Positions 1 to 7,920 of a stretch of DNA of 30,871 bases are shown here, piece by piece; the stretch's first letter is position 1; each line of letters starts with the position of its first letter. The position numbers were made by a program, and so were the translations under genes. The notes under the pieces were generated by a model. That model saw only the letters and a program-made list of their open reading frames with translations, was not told the origin of the DNA and made no database searches. This DNA comes from a virus: the UHGV virus genome UHGV-0057520. One strand, written 5' to 3'.

Positions 1-471
1 CTAATAAAATACCCAATTTTCTGTTTCTTGGTTGTGTCCAAAGTTATATTCAATATCTGGTGTTGATGTATCAATATTCTTCATCCCATCAACAAGAGTT
101 GATACAACAGCCAAATCTTGTTTGATTCTCATTAAATGGTATTTCTTCCGGCGCAATAAACTTTCAATGGCAAGTTTCTTCGTTGGGAATGCAAAAGATC
201 TTTCTGCATTTTTTGCTACTTTCTTAATTGCATATCTATTTCTCTTTTGTTTCCATTCCTGTAACCACTGATTTGGTGCTGGTTTAAAATTAACAATCCA
301 ATGCGCAGGAACCAACCATGCATAATGCTCTGTCTGATGAAAAGCTATATATTGAAGTGCGAATATTTTGATTCCATCTTCTTCAACTGTCGCCTGGAAT
401 CTCCAGAAAACAGGCATTCCATCATGTTCAGTTTCTGATTCAGGAAAAGGTACGCTCCATGATATTGTCAT
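1..471 (-). CDS. hypothetical soluble protein, 156 aa, AT-rich accessory gene at the distal end of the pL operon
   Basis: Complete ORF with ATG at 469-471 and stop at 1-3; GAGGTGA ribosome-binding site just upstream on the minus strand; much more AT-rich than neighbouring genes; no hydrophobic segments; no family recognised. Confidence 0.5.
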   Translation of the reverse strand: MTISWSVPFPESETEHDGMPVFWRFQATVEEDGIKIFALQYIAFHQTEHYAWLVPAHWIVNFKPAPNQWLQEWKQKRNRYAIKKVAKNAERSFAFPTKKLAIESLLRRKKYHLMRIKQDLAVVSTLVDGMKNIDTSTPDIEYNFGHNQETENWVFY

Positions 472-533
472 ATCTCACCTCAAATAAGTGGTTTGCTGCC
501 AAAACAATGAACCATCCGGAAATTCCAGATAGT

Positions 534-758
534 TCATAATTCACTCTTCAATACTTCCAACTTACTAATCGCCGATAGATATCCGCGCTGATAGGGCATC
601 ATCATTCCTTCGAGCTTGCCACTTCTTAACTCCTCCCTGAGCAATTGTATTGCTTGATCAATAACCTCTGCCTTAGCGCCCTTTATGGCTTGCTTGCGGG
701 GCTTTGCTTTCTGCTTTGGCAGATTTCTCAAGCATGATGGAATGTATGTCTGATTCAT
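534..758 (-). CDS. small basic hypothetical protein directly downstream of N
   Basis: ORF track 534..761 begins on GTG; the first ATG is at 756-758 (MNQTY...); abuts the N stop codon; Lys/Arg-rich; no family recognised. Confidence 0.4.
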   Translation of the reverse strand: MNQTYIPSCLRNLPKQKAKPRKQAIKGAKAEVIDQAIQLLREELRSGKLEGMMMPYQRGYLSAISKLEVLKSEL

Positions 759-761
759 CAC

Positions 762-1034
762 TTACCTCGCCGTCAGTTGTTTTGATTTCCGGTAGCCTGC
801 CGAGTAAATGGCTACGTTTGGCAGGCAAATACTTCCACTGCATTCATCTGCCTTCTTGCTGAGAAGGCTGCCAAGTGATGCTGCTTTGTCTGCTCTGACG
901 CAACCAGAGAGCTTTAGCGCAATTTTTCGCGCCAGTCGCTGCTCTTGCATTGCCTGTTCACGTTGAGCCTGTCTGCGTGCTCTGCGGCGATTTCTGGCGT
1001 TATCGTCAGCCAGATATGTAATGACTACTGTCAT
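762..1034 (-). CDS. N: antitermination protein N (P22 gene 24-like)
   Basis: 90 aa; begins MTV(V)ITY and ends YRKSKQLTAR, matching my recollection of P22 gp24; arginine-rich RNA-binding motif (ARNRRRARRQAQREQ) near the N-terminus; sits downstream of oL/nutL. Confidence 0.8.
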   Translation of the reverse strand: MTVVITYLADDNARNRRRARRQAQREQAMQEQRLARKIALKLSGCVRADKAASLGSLLSKKADECSGSICLPNVAIYSAGYRKSKQLTAR

Positions 1035-1141
1035 GTTGACCTCCGATGATTGACTTTGGCGGTGACGCGCCGGGTGCTTATCTTCCGGTTGCCGTCGTGC
1101 AGCTGCACTTCACATCACCCCAAAGCCAACTACTCTTTGGT

Positions 1142-1182
1142 TCCCGCATTTCGGCGGGACAATCCCATCAATGTTAAAGAGC
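1142..1182 (-). promoter_or_regulatory. nutL: boxB hairpin (1142-1159) and boxA-like element (1172-1182)
   Basis: Minus-strand sequence TCCCGCCGAAATGCGGGA is a 6-bp stem with 6-nt loop, identical to the hairpin after cro at 2839-2856; GCTCTTTAACA lies just upstream on the transcribed strand. Confidence 0.6.
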
Positions 1183-1230
1183 CTGCCAATCTGTTCCGTT
1201 TGGCTACCAGCGTCCTGCTGATGGCTAAAG

Positions 1231-1271
1231 AATACTGTAGGTATTTTATTGTGTAAATACCCAAGGTATTT
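1231..1271. promoter_or_regulatory. oL operator pair with pL
   Basis: Two palindromes of form AATAC-N5-GTATT (AATACTGTAGGTATT at 1231-1245; AAATACCCAAGGTATTT at 1255-1271), same half-sites as the cI-cro intergenic operators. Confidence 0.55.
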
Positions 1272-1402
1272 ATTTTTGATGAAATAATGATAAGCAAATG
1301 AATACAAAGGATATTTATTTTTTTCGGTGTCTACTTGTTCAGTGCTTTTTATGCGGGATATGTGAAGTGGATCCCGATAGCTATTGCTGCCGGGATTATA
1401 GG

Positions 1403-1771
1403 TTAGTCAGCGAAGGTTAAGACGAGAATTACCTTAATGATGTCTGCTACAACAGACACGGCCATAGATAAACCAAAGACGATCCAAGCCACAGTGATGT
1501 CTTCACTACCATCGTATAGAGTTCCGTAATCACTGGTGTAAGGCGTAAATGTCGCGCCTTGATACAATAGGTATAAGCTTGATCCATAGAGGATAAATGC
1601 AGATATCCCTTGTATTGCTATGATCACAAGAATCATGAAACGAGCTGATCTATGCGCCCAAGCCTGGCTTATTTTTTCTGATAGAGATTTCGCAATAAAA
1701 GCATGCGCTAAGCCGTAAATTGTCGAGATTGCCAACATCCCAAAAAAGCTTGCTATAGCGGTTCCAACCAT
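1403..1771 (-). CDS. small multi-pass membrane protein co-transcribed with cI (candidate lysogen-expressed exclusion protein)
   Basis: ORF track 1403..1792 begins on TTG overlapping the cI stop; first ATG at 1769-1771 preceded by a GGGG ribosome-binding site; about 122 aa with three to four hydrophobic helices; occupies the position rexA/rexB hold in lambda. Confidence 0.6.
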   Translation of the reverse strand: MVGTAIASFFGMLAISTIYGLAHAFIAKSLSEKISQAWAHRSARFMILVIIAIQGISAFILYGSSLYLLYQGATFTPYTSDYGTLYDGSEDITVAWIVFGLSMAVSVVADIIKVILVLTFAD

Positions 1772-1788
1772 AAGCGCCCCTTGCGTGA

Positions 1789-2505
1789 TCAAACCAGCCT
1801 TAGTTTTGTCTCAATTGCAACGCCTATAATCTTGCAGTTTCCATTGATTGGCACGAGAGGCCATGCAGGATTAAGTCCCTTGAGGTATTTATTTCCGCCG
1901 TCGATTATCAGCTTCTTGAATGTTGCTTCGTTAGAGTCAGAAAGTTTTGCTATGACCAAGCTGCCGTTGATCGCCTCCCTTCCGGTATCGAAAAGAACGA
2001 ATGTTCCCTCTGGAATGCTTAACCCAACCGGTGCCGTCATTGAATCACCTTCCACTTTAAGCCAGAACGCATTACCTTGAATATGCGCGTCAGACTCAAG
2101 CCAAACATCTATGTCTTTAATGGTGTATGGTTCGCATGCTTCACACCACGAGCCAGCCTGGATACTGCTTAACACCGGATACCTCTTTCCTGCTCTGTAT
2201 TCCCCTGCATACCTTACGTTGGCATCGCTCTTAAGGCTTTCTGCCTGTTCTGCAACCTTGGCAGCAATTGACTGGCTAAAATCAGCAATTGAGACTTGCA
2301 ACAATCGTGCAAAACCAGATGCAACCTCAACGTTTAGCGCGTTTCTGCCATTAAGATAATGCCCTACCGCTCCTTGGGTGATACCCAGTTCATCAGCGAT
2401 TGAGTATTGGGTTATTCCCAATTCTTTCTTTTTTGACTCATACAAAGCCTTAAGCCGCTTAGCGTCTTCGAGCTGTTCTGTCGTCAGTGATTTTTTATTT
2501 TCCAT
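1789..2505 (-). CDS. cI: cI-type prophage repressor (HTH N-terminal domain, LexA/S24-like C-terminal autocleavage domain)
   Basis: 238 aa; N-terminus LTTEQLEDAKRLKALYESKKKELGITQ and C-terminus FWLKVEGDSMTAP...TFKKLI closely parallel lambda cI as I recall it; divergent from cro across an operator region. Confidence 0.9.
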   Translation of the reverse strand: MENKKSLTTEQLEDAKRLKALYESKKKELGITQYSIADELGITQGAVGHYLNGRNALNVEVASGFARLLQVSIADFSQSIAAKVAEQAESLKSDANVRYAGEYRAGKRYPVLSSIQAGSWCEACEPYTIKDIDVWLESDAHIQGNAFWLKVEGDSMTAPVGLSIPEGTFVLFDTGREAINGSLVIAKLSDSNEATFKKLIIDGGNKYLKGLNPAWPLVPINGNCKIIGVAIETKLRLV

Positions 2506-2540
2506 AGCTTAATTCTAATAGCTAAGGTACTTAAACTAAA

Positions 2541-2581
2541 AATACCCTGAGTATTGATTGCTTTGAATACCTGTAGTATTC
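2541..2581. promoter_or_regulatory. oR operators with divergent pRM/pR
   Basis: AATACCCTGAGTATT (2541-2555) and GAATACCTGTAGTATTC (2565-2581); candidate pR -35 TTGATT (2554-2559) and -10 TATTCT (2577-2582) with 17-bp spacer. Confidence 0.55.
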
Positions 2582-2611
2582 TTTGTTCATGGTTAATAAC
2601 GGAGAGTGCAT

Positions 2612-2806
2612 ATGATTCGAATGACACTTGCCGATTACGCCAAAATCCATGGACAGGCTAAAGCAGCCAGTGACTTTGGTGTAATCCAGTGCGCTATCAG
2701 CAAGGCCATTCTGGCAGGCCGTAACATCATGGTTACGGTAAAGCCTGATGGCAGTGTGATTGGAGAGGAAGTTCGTCCTTTCCCAAGCAACAAGAAAAAC
2801 AAATAG
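2612..2806 (+). CDS. cro: Cro repressor
   Basis: ORF track starts on GTG at 2606; ATG at 2612 with GGAGAG ribosome-binding site; [20 protein letters not shown]...[11 protein letters not shown] parallels lambda Cro. Confidence 0.85.
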   Translation: MIRMTLADYAKIHGQAKAASDFGVIQCAISKAILAGRNIMVTVKPDGSVIGEEVRPFPSNKKNK

Positions 2807-2812
2807 TAACAC

Positions 2813-2856
2813 CGCTCTTTAACAGTCATGGTCCTCATTCCCGCCGAAATGCGGGA
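2813..2856 (+). promoter_or_regulatory. nutR: boxA (CGCTCTTTAA, 2813-2822) and boxB hairpin (2839-2856)
   Basis: boxA closely matches the lambda consensus CGCTCTTA; boxB TCCCGCCGAAATGCGGGA is identical to the nutL hairpin. Confidence 0.65.
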
Positions 2857-2914
2857 ATACAACGCGCATAAGTTGATGCGCATAACTTCTTATTAGTTAA
2901 GGAAATACTTACAT

Positions 2915-3193
2915 ATGCAACTTACAAGTACTCGCAAGAAAGCGAATGCAATTACAAGCAACATCCTGAATCGAATTGCTGTACGTGGTCAGCGAAAGGT
3001 TGCCGACGCGTTAGGGATTAATGAATCGCAAATTTCGCGATGGAAAGACAGCTTCATCCCAAAAATGGGAATGCTTCTGGCTGTTCTTGAATGGGGTGTT
3101 GAAGACGAGGAGTTGGCGGAACTGGCTAAGAAAGTAGCCAGAATGCTGACAAAAGAAAAAGCCCCGAAGAACGGCGAATTCTTCGAGGCCTGA
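2915..3193 (+). CDS. cII: cII transcriptional activator
   Basis: 92 aa; ESQISRWKDSFIPKMGMLLAVLEWGVEDEE is near-identical to the lambda cII core as I recall it. Confidence 0.85.
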   Translation: MQLTSTRKKANAITSNILNRIAVRGQRKVADALGINESQISRWKDSFIPKMGMLLAVLEWGVEDEELAELAKKVARMLTKEKAPKNGEFFEA

Positions 3194-3227
3194 TGTAGAA
3201 AGACTGGATCAATCCACAGGAGTAATT

Positions 3228-3389
3228 ATGACAAAACGTCGTAAGAAATACCAGGAAAAAGAAGAGATTCGACACCCTGATTCACCTGAGGGATTAGTGG
3301 TAGCCGCAGCAAATAACAGGGCGTTCGCAGAGCGCCTTGTTGGTGTTTACAGACTAGCCAAAGCAGGAGTGAAACATGGGCGTCGTTAA
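3228..3389 (+). CDS. possible small basic protein, 53 aa, between cII and the replication initiator
   Basis: ATG at 3228 with AGGAG 6 nt upstream; absent from the ORF track (under 60 aa); overlaps the initiator start by 14 nt in another frame. Confidence 0.3.
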   Translation: MTKRRKKYQEKEEIRHPDSPEGLVVAAANNRAFAERLVGVYRLAKAGVKHGRR

Positions 3390-4266
3390 GTTAGCTGATT
3401 ACAGGCATAACCCTGTACAACATCAGGAGGCATCCAGTATGGGGTATGTCTCTATACACCGCCAGTTTATGGACAGCAGGCTCTATAAGGACTCTCAGGC
3501 AGTACATCTTTGGCTTCACTTAATTCTCAAGGCTAATCACGAATCTACTGTCGTCAATACGGATATCGGGCCGATAACTGTTGATCGCGGTCAGATGATA
3601 ACTGGACGCCCGTCGCTGGTCAGAGAAACATTCATCCCCGACAACAAAGTTCGGAGCTTATTACGGACTTTTGAGTCGAAAGGGATGCTTAATATTTGCT
3701 CGATGGGGAAGAAATTTAGCCTGTTTACAATCGTTAAATATGACGATTTTCAGGCAAAAAATTGTCCAACGGTTGTCCAACGGTTGTCCAACGCAAACAC
3801 CAGTAATGGCGCGGCTCTCAGCGGAGATTGTCCAACGGTTGTCCAACAGTTGTCCATAAACAATAATATAAATAATATCTCTAATACTGACGTATTAGAG
3901 AGTGCCACAGCAGACAAAAAGTCTGACAAGAAAAAACCTTCCGTTAGCTGTCAGGATGTTGTCGATGCTTACCACGAAATCCTTCCTGAAGCGCCAAGAA
4001 TCCGCGCACTGAATGACAAGCGTAAAAACCAGATCCGAACGTTCTGGCGCAAAGCCGGAGTGATAACCCGCCAGCTTGACGGGCATGGGTTCACGATGCA
4101 GGACTGGAGAAATTATTTGAGCTACGTAGGCGAAAATTGCCGATGGATGTTCGAAGAACGCCCAAACCATCAACGCGGAACCGTCTGGCACAAAAAGGGA
4201 TTTGATTTCCTGCTTAACGACAATACCTACCTGAAAGTTCGTGAGGGTGAACACGATGACCGATAA
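3376..4266 (+). CDS. replication initiation protein (lambda O / P22 gene 18 analogue)
   Basis: 296 aa directly upstream of the helicase gene; contains the origin iteron array inside its coding sequence, as lambda O does; AGGAG ribosome-binding site before 3376. Confidence 0.7.
   Translation: MGVVKLADYRHNPVQHQEASSMGYVSIHRQFMDSRLYKDSQAVHLWLHLILKANHESTVVNTDIGPITVDRGQMITGRPSLVRETFIPDNKVRSLLRTFESKGMLNICSMGKKFSLFTIVKYDDFQAKNCPTVVQRLSNANTSNGAALSGDCPTVVQQLSINNNINNISNTDVLESATADKKSDKKKPSVSCQDVVDAYHEILPEAPRIRALNDKRKNQIRTFWRKAGVITRQLDGHGFTMQDWRNYLSYVGENCRWMFEERPNHQRGTVWHKKGFDFLLNDNTYLKVREGEHDDR
3762..3900 (+). repeat. replication origin: six direct iterons (TTGTCCAACGG-like) plus adjacent AT-rich segment
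   Basis: Copies at 3762, 3773, 3784, 3827, 3838 and 3849 (last truncated), followed by AAACAATAATATAAATAATATCTCTAATACT; translated as the repeated CPTVVQRLSN peptide. Confidence 0.7.
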
Positions 4267-5692
4267 TTTTTATGCGCCGCCCCATAGCATCGAGGCAGAG
4301 CAGGCGGTGATTGGTGGATTGCTTCTGGATGATGACAGCAGTGAGCGCGTCCAGAAAGTTCTGGCGATGCTGAAGCCTGATTCATTTTACAGCCGACCAC
4401 ACAAAATCCTTTTCGAAGAAATAACCAGAATGCACCGGGAGCAAAAGCCAGTAGATGGCCTGACGCTTTTCGATGAACTGGAGCGTAAATCGTTAACGGC
4501 GTCTGTTGGCGGTTTTGCTTATATCGCTGAGATCGCAAAGAACACGCCAAGCGCAGCAAACATCGTTGCCTATGCAATGCAGGTTCGCGAAACCGCAATG
4601 GAACGCTATGCCATCAACCGCATGACTGAAGCGACGGAATTGCTCTATTCCCGCAACGGAATGACTGCAACGCAGAAGTACGAAGCTATTCAGGCGATTT
4701 TCACGCAACTGACAGACCATGCAAAAACCGGATCGCGTCGCGGCCTTCGCTCATTTGGTGAGGTCATGGAAGACTGGGTTAGCGACCTTGAGAAGCGATT
4801 TGACCCGTCAGGCGAACAACGAGGAATGAGCACAGGGATCCCATCTCTGGACAGGATGCTGTCACCGAAAGGTCTGGTGAAAGGCTCTCTGTTCGTCATT
4901 GGCGCTCGCCCTAAGATGGGGAAAACGACGCTATACAGCCAGATGGCAATCAACTGCGCAGTGCATGAGAAAAAGCCCGCTCTGATGTTCAGCCTTGAAA
5001 TGCCAGGTGATCAGATACTTGAAAAACTGGTAGGACAGAAGTCAGGTGTTAACCCAAATATTTTTTACCTTCCGGCGACAAATGACGCCGATGACGGCTA
5101 TCAGGGTGATTACGATGGTGACTTCAACAGGGCGATCGAAACAGCTAATCGCTTGAGTGAAATCGACATGCTTTACATCGACGACACGCCGGGATTATCT
5201 CTGGCTCAAATCGTCAGCGAAAGCCGTCGAATCAAGCGAGAAAAAGGATGTGTTGGCATGATTCTGGTCGATTACCTGACACTAATGACCGCTGAGAAGG
5301 CCGATCGCAACGACCTTGCTTACGGCATGATCACCAAAGGACTGAAGAACCTTGCCAAAGAGCTTGATTGCGTTGTTGCGCTTCTGACGCAGCTTAACCG
5401 CGCATTGGAAAGCCGAACCAATAAACGCCCATTACCAAGTGACTCGCGCGATACAGGACAGATTGAACAGGATTGCGATTATTGGGTGGGGATCCATCGT
5501 GAAGGTGCTTTTGATGACAGTGTTCCACCTGGTGAAACCGAACTAATCCTTCGTCTCAATCGTCATGGCAATACCGGCACGGTGTATTGCATTCAGGCAA
5601 ATGGCGCTATTTATGACACAGACCAACAGTCTGCTGAAATGCGCCGCCGTGAACGCGAGGAACCGCAGTCCAAGAAGAAAGGAGGATTCTGA
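4256..5692 (+). CDS. DnaB-family replicative helicase (P22 gene 12 analogue)
   Basis: ORF track starts on GTG at 4241; ATG at 4256 with GAGGGTG upstream; DnaB-like N-terminus (HSIEAEQAVIGGLLLD) and Walker A (GARPKMGKTT). Confidence 0.85.
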   Translation: MTDNFYAPPHSIEAEQAVIGGLLLDDDSSERVQKVLAMLKPDSFYSRPHKILFEEITRMHREQKPVDGLTLFDELERKSLTASVGGFAYIAEIAKNTPSAANIVAYAMQVRETAMERYAINRMTEATELLYSRNGMTATQKYEAIQAIFTQLTDHAKTGSRRGLRSFGEVMEDWVSDLEKRFDPSGEQRGMSTGIPSLDRMLSPKGLVKGSLFVIGARPKMGKTTLYSQMAINCAVHEKKPALMFSLEMPGDQILEKLVGQKSGVNPNIFYLPATNDADDGYQGDYDGDFNRAIETANRLSEIDMLYIDDTPGLSLAQIVSESRRIKREKGCVGMILVDYLTLMTAEKADRNDLAYGMITKGLKNLAKELDCVVALLTQLNRALESRTNKRPLPSDSRDTGQIEQDCDYWVGIHREGAFDDSVPPGETELILRLNRHGNTGTVYCIQANGAIYDTDQQSAEMRRREREEPQSKKKGGF

Positions 5693-5784
5693 TGACCATC
5701 TACATCACTGAGCTAATAACAGGCCTGCTGGTAATCGCAGGCCTTTTAATATGGGGGAGAGTAATTGGAGGATTTAAGAAATGA
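5692..5784 (+). CDS. possible 30-aa hydrophobic peptide translationally coupled to the helicase
   Basis: ATG overlaps the helicase stop (TGATG); encodes MTIYITELITGLLVIAGLLIWGRVIGGFKK; its stop overlaps the next ATG at 5781. Confidence 0.25.
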   Translation: MTIYITELITGLLVIAGLLIWGRVIGGFKK

Positions 5785-5996
5785 GTACGATAGCTGAGCT
5801 TGTCAGGGCTAATTTTCGTGAAGAGTTGGTGCGTTGGTATCGGTATCGTTCATCGTCAAGTTTGCCGCTTGATGAGTTGTATGAGCATTCACCTGCCGCA
5901 CGACGCTATCCGCGTGACCGTGTTCTTCGACGGTTGTTCAAACTCAACAATGAGTTTCAGCGCAACAGAATAATCCGGAGTCTGGATTTAAAGTGA
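5781..5996 (+). CDS. hypothetical protein, 71 aa
   Basis: ATG at 5781 with GGAGGA 8 nt upstream; Arg-rich; no family recognised. Confidence 0.45.
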   Translation: MSTIAELVRANFREELVRWYRYRSSSSLPLDELYEHSPAARRYPRDRVLRRLFKLNNEFQRNRIIRSLDLK

Positions 5997-6006
5997 AGGA
6001 GTGAGC

Positions 6007-6192
6007 ATGAGTCGACGAAGTAGCTTTTTGGGGTTTGTAATATTCCTGTTCTGCACTGGTTACATCGTAATCTGGTCAATTTCGAACATTGACCGTGGCG
6101 GGGAATATCTCATTGTAATGTTCTTTCCTTTGTTTCTTGGGTGGTACGCCGCAAGGTTGCTGGAAGAATGGGGTTACAGGCATAAAAAATAA
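6007..6192 (+). CDS. small membrane protein, about 61 aa, two predicted helices
   Basis: ORF track starts on GTG at 6001; ATG at 6007 with AAGGAG upstream; hydrophobic stretches FLGFVIFLFCTGYIVIW and LIVMFFPLFLGWYAA. Confidence 0.45.
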   Translation: MSRRSSFLGFVIFLFCTGYIVIWSISNIDRGGEYLIVMFFPLFLGWYAARLLEEWGYRHKK

Positions 6193-6251
6193 AGGAGTGT
6201 TCAGTGACGCAAACCATTTTTTATTGGATTAAGAGCGAGTGGTAAGTACCG

Positions 6252-6434
6252 ATGGTAAATGCATTTATTTGTAGTTTATTTCTTGTCGCGATTTTTCATG
6301 GATTCCTTTTGATGATGAGTTTTGTTCTCTGGAATAATGGATATCGCATATTGGGAGTAGGTTTTGTTTTACGGTTTTCAGTTCTCTGCGCGTTGCTACC
6401 GATAATTATGGCGACTATCAAATATTATTGGTAA
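6252..6434 (+). CDS. small hydrophobic membrane protein, 60 aa, AT-rich
   Basis: Almost entirely hydrophobic (two helices); weak ribosome-binding site, so coding status is uncertain. Confidence 0.35.
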   Translation: MVNAFICSLFLVAIFHGFLLMMSFVLWNNGYRILGVGFVLRFSVLCALLPIIMATIKYYW

Positions 6435-6449
6435 CCCAAAAAATCATCG

Positions 6450-6818
6450 ATGGAGAGTGATATGGACGAATCAAGAAAGCAGTTTGAGGAATACGTTGCC
6501 AAAAAATTGAGATTACCATTCGAGATGATAACCGAGGCAAGAAATGGTGATAGGTACTTCGCATTTTCAAGCATGGATATTCGTCACTCCTTAAATGAGT
6601 GGTGGACTTTATGGCAGGCATCGCGAGCAGCTATTGAACTGGATATCGACTGGCCAGAATCGAATGACGACTTTTGGAAAGATGGTGAAGAAGGTGCTTA
6701 TGCGATGGGTTATGAGGATGGGCGTGACAAAACGGTAATTGCAGTAATGAAAGCTATCAGAGCCGCTGGAATTAAAGAGAAGAATTTCGATGAAGCAAAC
6801 AATCTTCCTCCGAAGTAA
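6450..6818 (+). CDS. hypothetical acidic protein (nin-region)
   Basis: ORF track start 6450; an alternative ATG at 6462 has a better GGAGAG ribosome-binding site; no family recognised. Confidence 0.45.
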   Translation: MESDMDESRKQFEEYVAKKLRLPFEMITEARNGDRYFAFSSMDIRHSLNEWWTLWQASRAAIELDIDWPESNDDFWKDGEEGAYAMGYEDGRDKTVIAVMKAIRAAGIKEKNFDEANNLPPK

Positions 6819-7200
6819 GCAACAACAGCAAGCCGCAATCAACGCCATCCTCGCAACACCACTCGATAAAGACAAGCCAGTTACCATCCGCATTACTGAC
6901 TACAAGCGCAACCTTGACCAGAACGCAAAATTTCACGCGATGCTGGCGGATATCGCACGTCAGGTTCAATGGTGCGGAAAATGGTTAAAACCGGAACAAT
7001 GGAAGGTTTTGTTGATCAGCGGTCATGCAGTGGCAACAAAACAGGAAGCTGATGTTTTGCCCGGGCTTGAAGGCGAATACGTCAACATTCGCGAAAGTAG
7101 CGCGCAGATGAGTGTGAAGCGTATGGCAAGTCTGATTGAGTACACGACAGCATGGGCTATTGGTCAGGGTGTCAGATTTACCGACAGGAGGTACGAATGA
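6790..7200 (+). CDS. ninB: NinB (Orf-family recombination mediator)
   Basis: 136 aa; [32 protein letters not shown] parallels lambda NinB (SLDQN...W.GRWL) as I recall it. Confidence 0.75.
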   Translation: MKQTIFLRSKQQQQAAINAILATPLDKDKPVTIRITDYKRNLDQNAKFHAMLADIARQVQWCGKWLKPEQWKVLLISGHAVATKQEADVLPGLEGEYVNIRESSAQMSVKRMASLIEYTTAWAIGQGVRFTDRRYE

Positions 7201-7373
7201 GACGACAGCGACGAAGTATCACCGACATCATCTGCGAAAACTGCAAATACCTTCCAACGAAACGCACCAGAAATAAACGCAAGCCAATCCCGAAAGAATC
7301 TGACGTAAAAACCTTCAACTACACGGCTCACCTGTGGGATATCCGGTGGCTAAGACATCGTGCGAGGAAATGA
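7197..7373 (+). CDS. small basic Cys-containing protein (NinD/NinE-like)
   Basis: ATG at 7197 overlaps the ninB stop (ATGA) with GGAGG upstream; 58 aa; the ORF track extends it upstream in the same frame from 7152. Confidence 0.4.
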   Translation: MRRQRRSITDIICENCKYLPTKRTRNKRKPIPKESDVKTFNYTAHLWDIRWLRHRARK

Positions 7374-7735
7374 CAATGGATTATTCACAGTTAAGTGATT
7401 TTGAAATTAACGTGGCGGTATTCGAAGCCATTCATAACGGATCACCGGATTACAAAGAAGGTGAGAATGGCGATATGGTGTTTGTCTCATTTGAGGGAGA
7501 CATTGTAAACGGAGACGCAGTTGAAGTAGAGGTTGAGCGCGGATCCTTTAACCCATGCGCAAACCCAGCAGACGCATGGCCGATTATTGAAAAATACAGG
7601 ATTAGCATTATCAATCTCGATGAAGACGAGTGGGGTGCACGCGGTGTGGCCTACTGTAAATCTAAGCGAGCTATACATGAAAATCCCCTCCGCGCCGCCA
7701 TGATTGTCTTTCTCATGATGCAGAGAATCCAATAA
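7370..7735 (+). CDS. hypothetical protein (nin-region)
   Basis: ATG at 7370 overlaps the previous stop, with GAGGAA upstream; acidic, about 121 aa; ORF track start 7334. Confidence 0.45.
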   Translation: MTMDYSQLSDFEINVAVFEAIHNGSPDYKEGENGDMVFVSFEGDIVNGDAVEVEVERGSFNPCANPADAWPIIEKYRISIINLDEDEWGARGVAYCKSKRAIHENPLRAAMIVFLMMQRIQ

Positions 7736-7920
7736 TGCTTAGCCCATCCCAATCCCTTCAATACCAGAAAGAAAGCGTCGAGCGAGCTTTAACGTGCGCT
7801 AACTGCGGTCAGAAGCTGCATGTGCTGGAAGTTCACGTGTGTGAGCGTTGTATATATGAATGCTTAAATATGGTGGAACATAATGAGAAATATAAGCAAC
7901 ATAGACGAATTAAGAAATAA
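7735..7920 (+). CDS. small Cys-rich protein (NinF-like zinc ribbon)
   Basis: 61 aa with a CxxC...CxxC pattern; its 3' end runs into the AT-rich HNH gene. Confidence 0.4.
   Translation: MLSPSQSLQYQKESVERALTCANCGQKLHVLEVHVCERCIYECLNMVEHNEKYKQHRRIKK

Noticed and set aside
32-271. Plus-strand 79-aa ORF overlapping the AT-rich gene at 1..471
   Set aside because: Antisense to a longer ORF that has a good ribosome-binding site; hydrophobic low-complexity product expected from AT-rich antisense reading.
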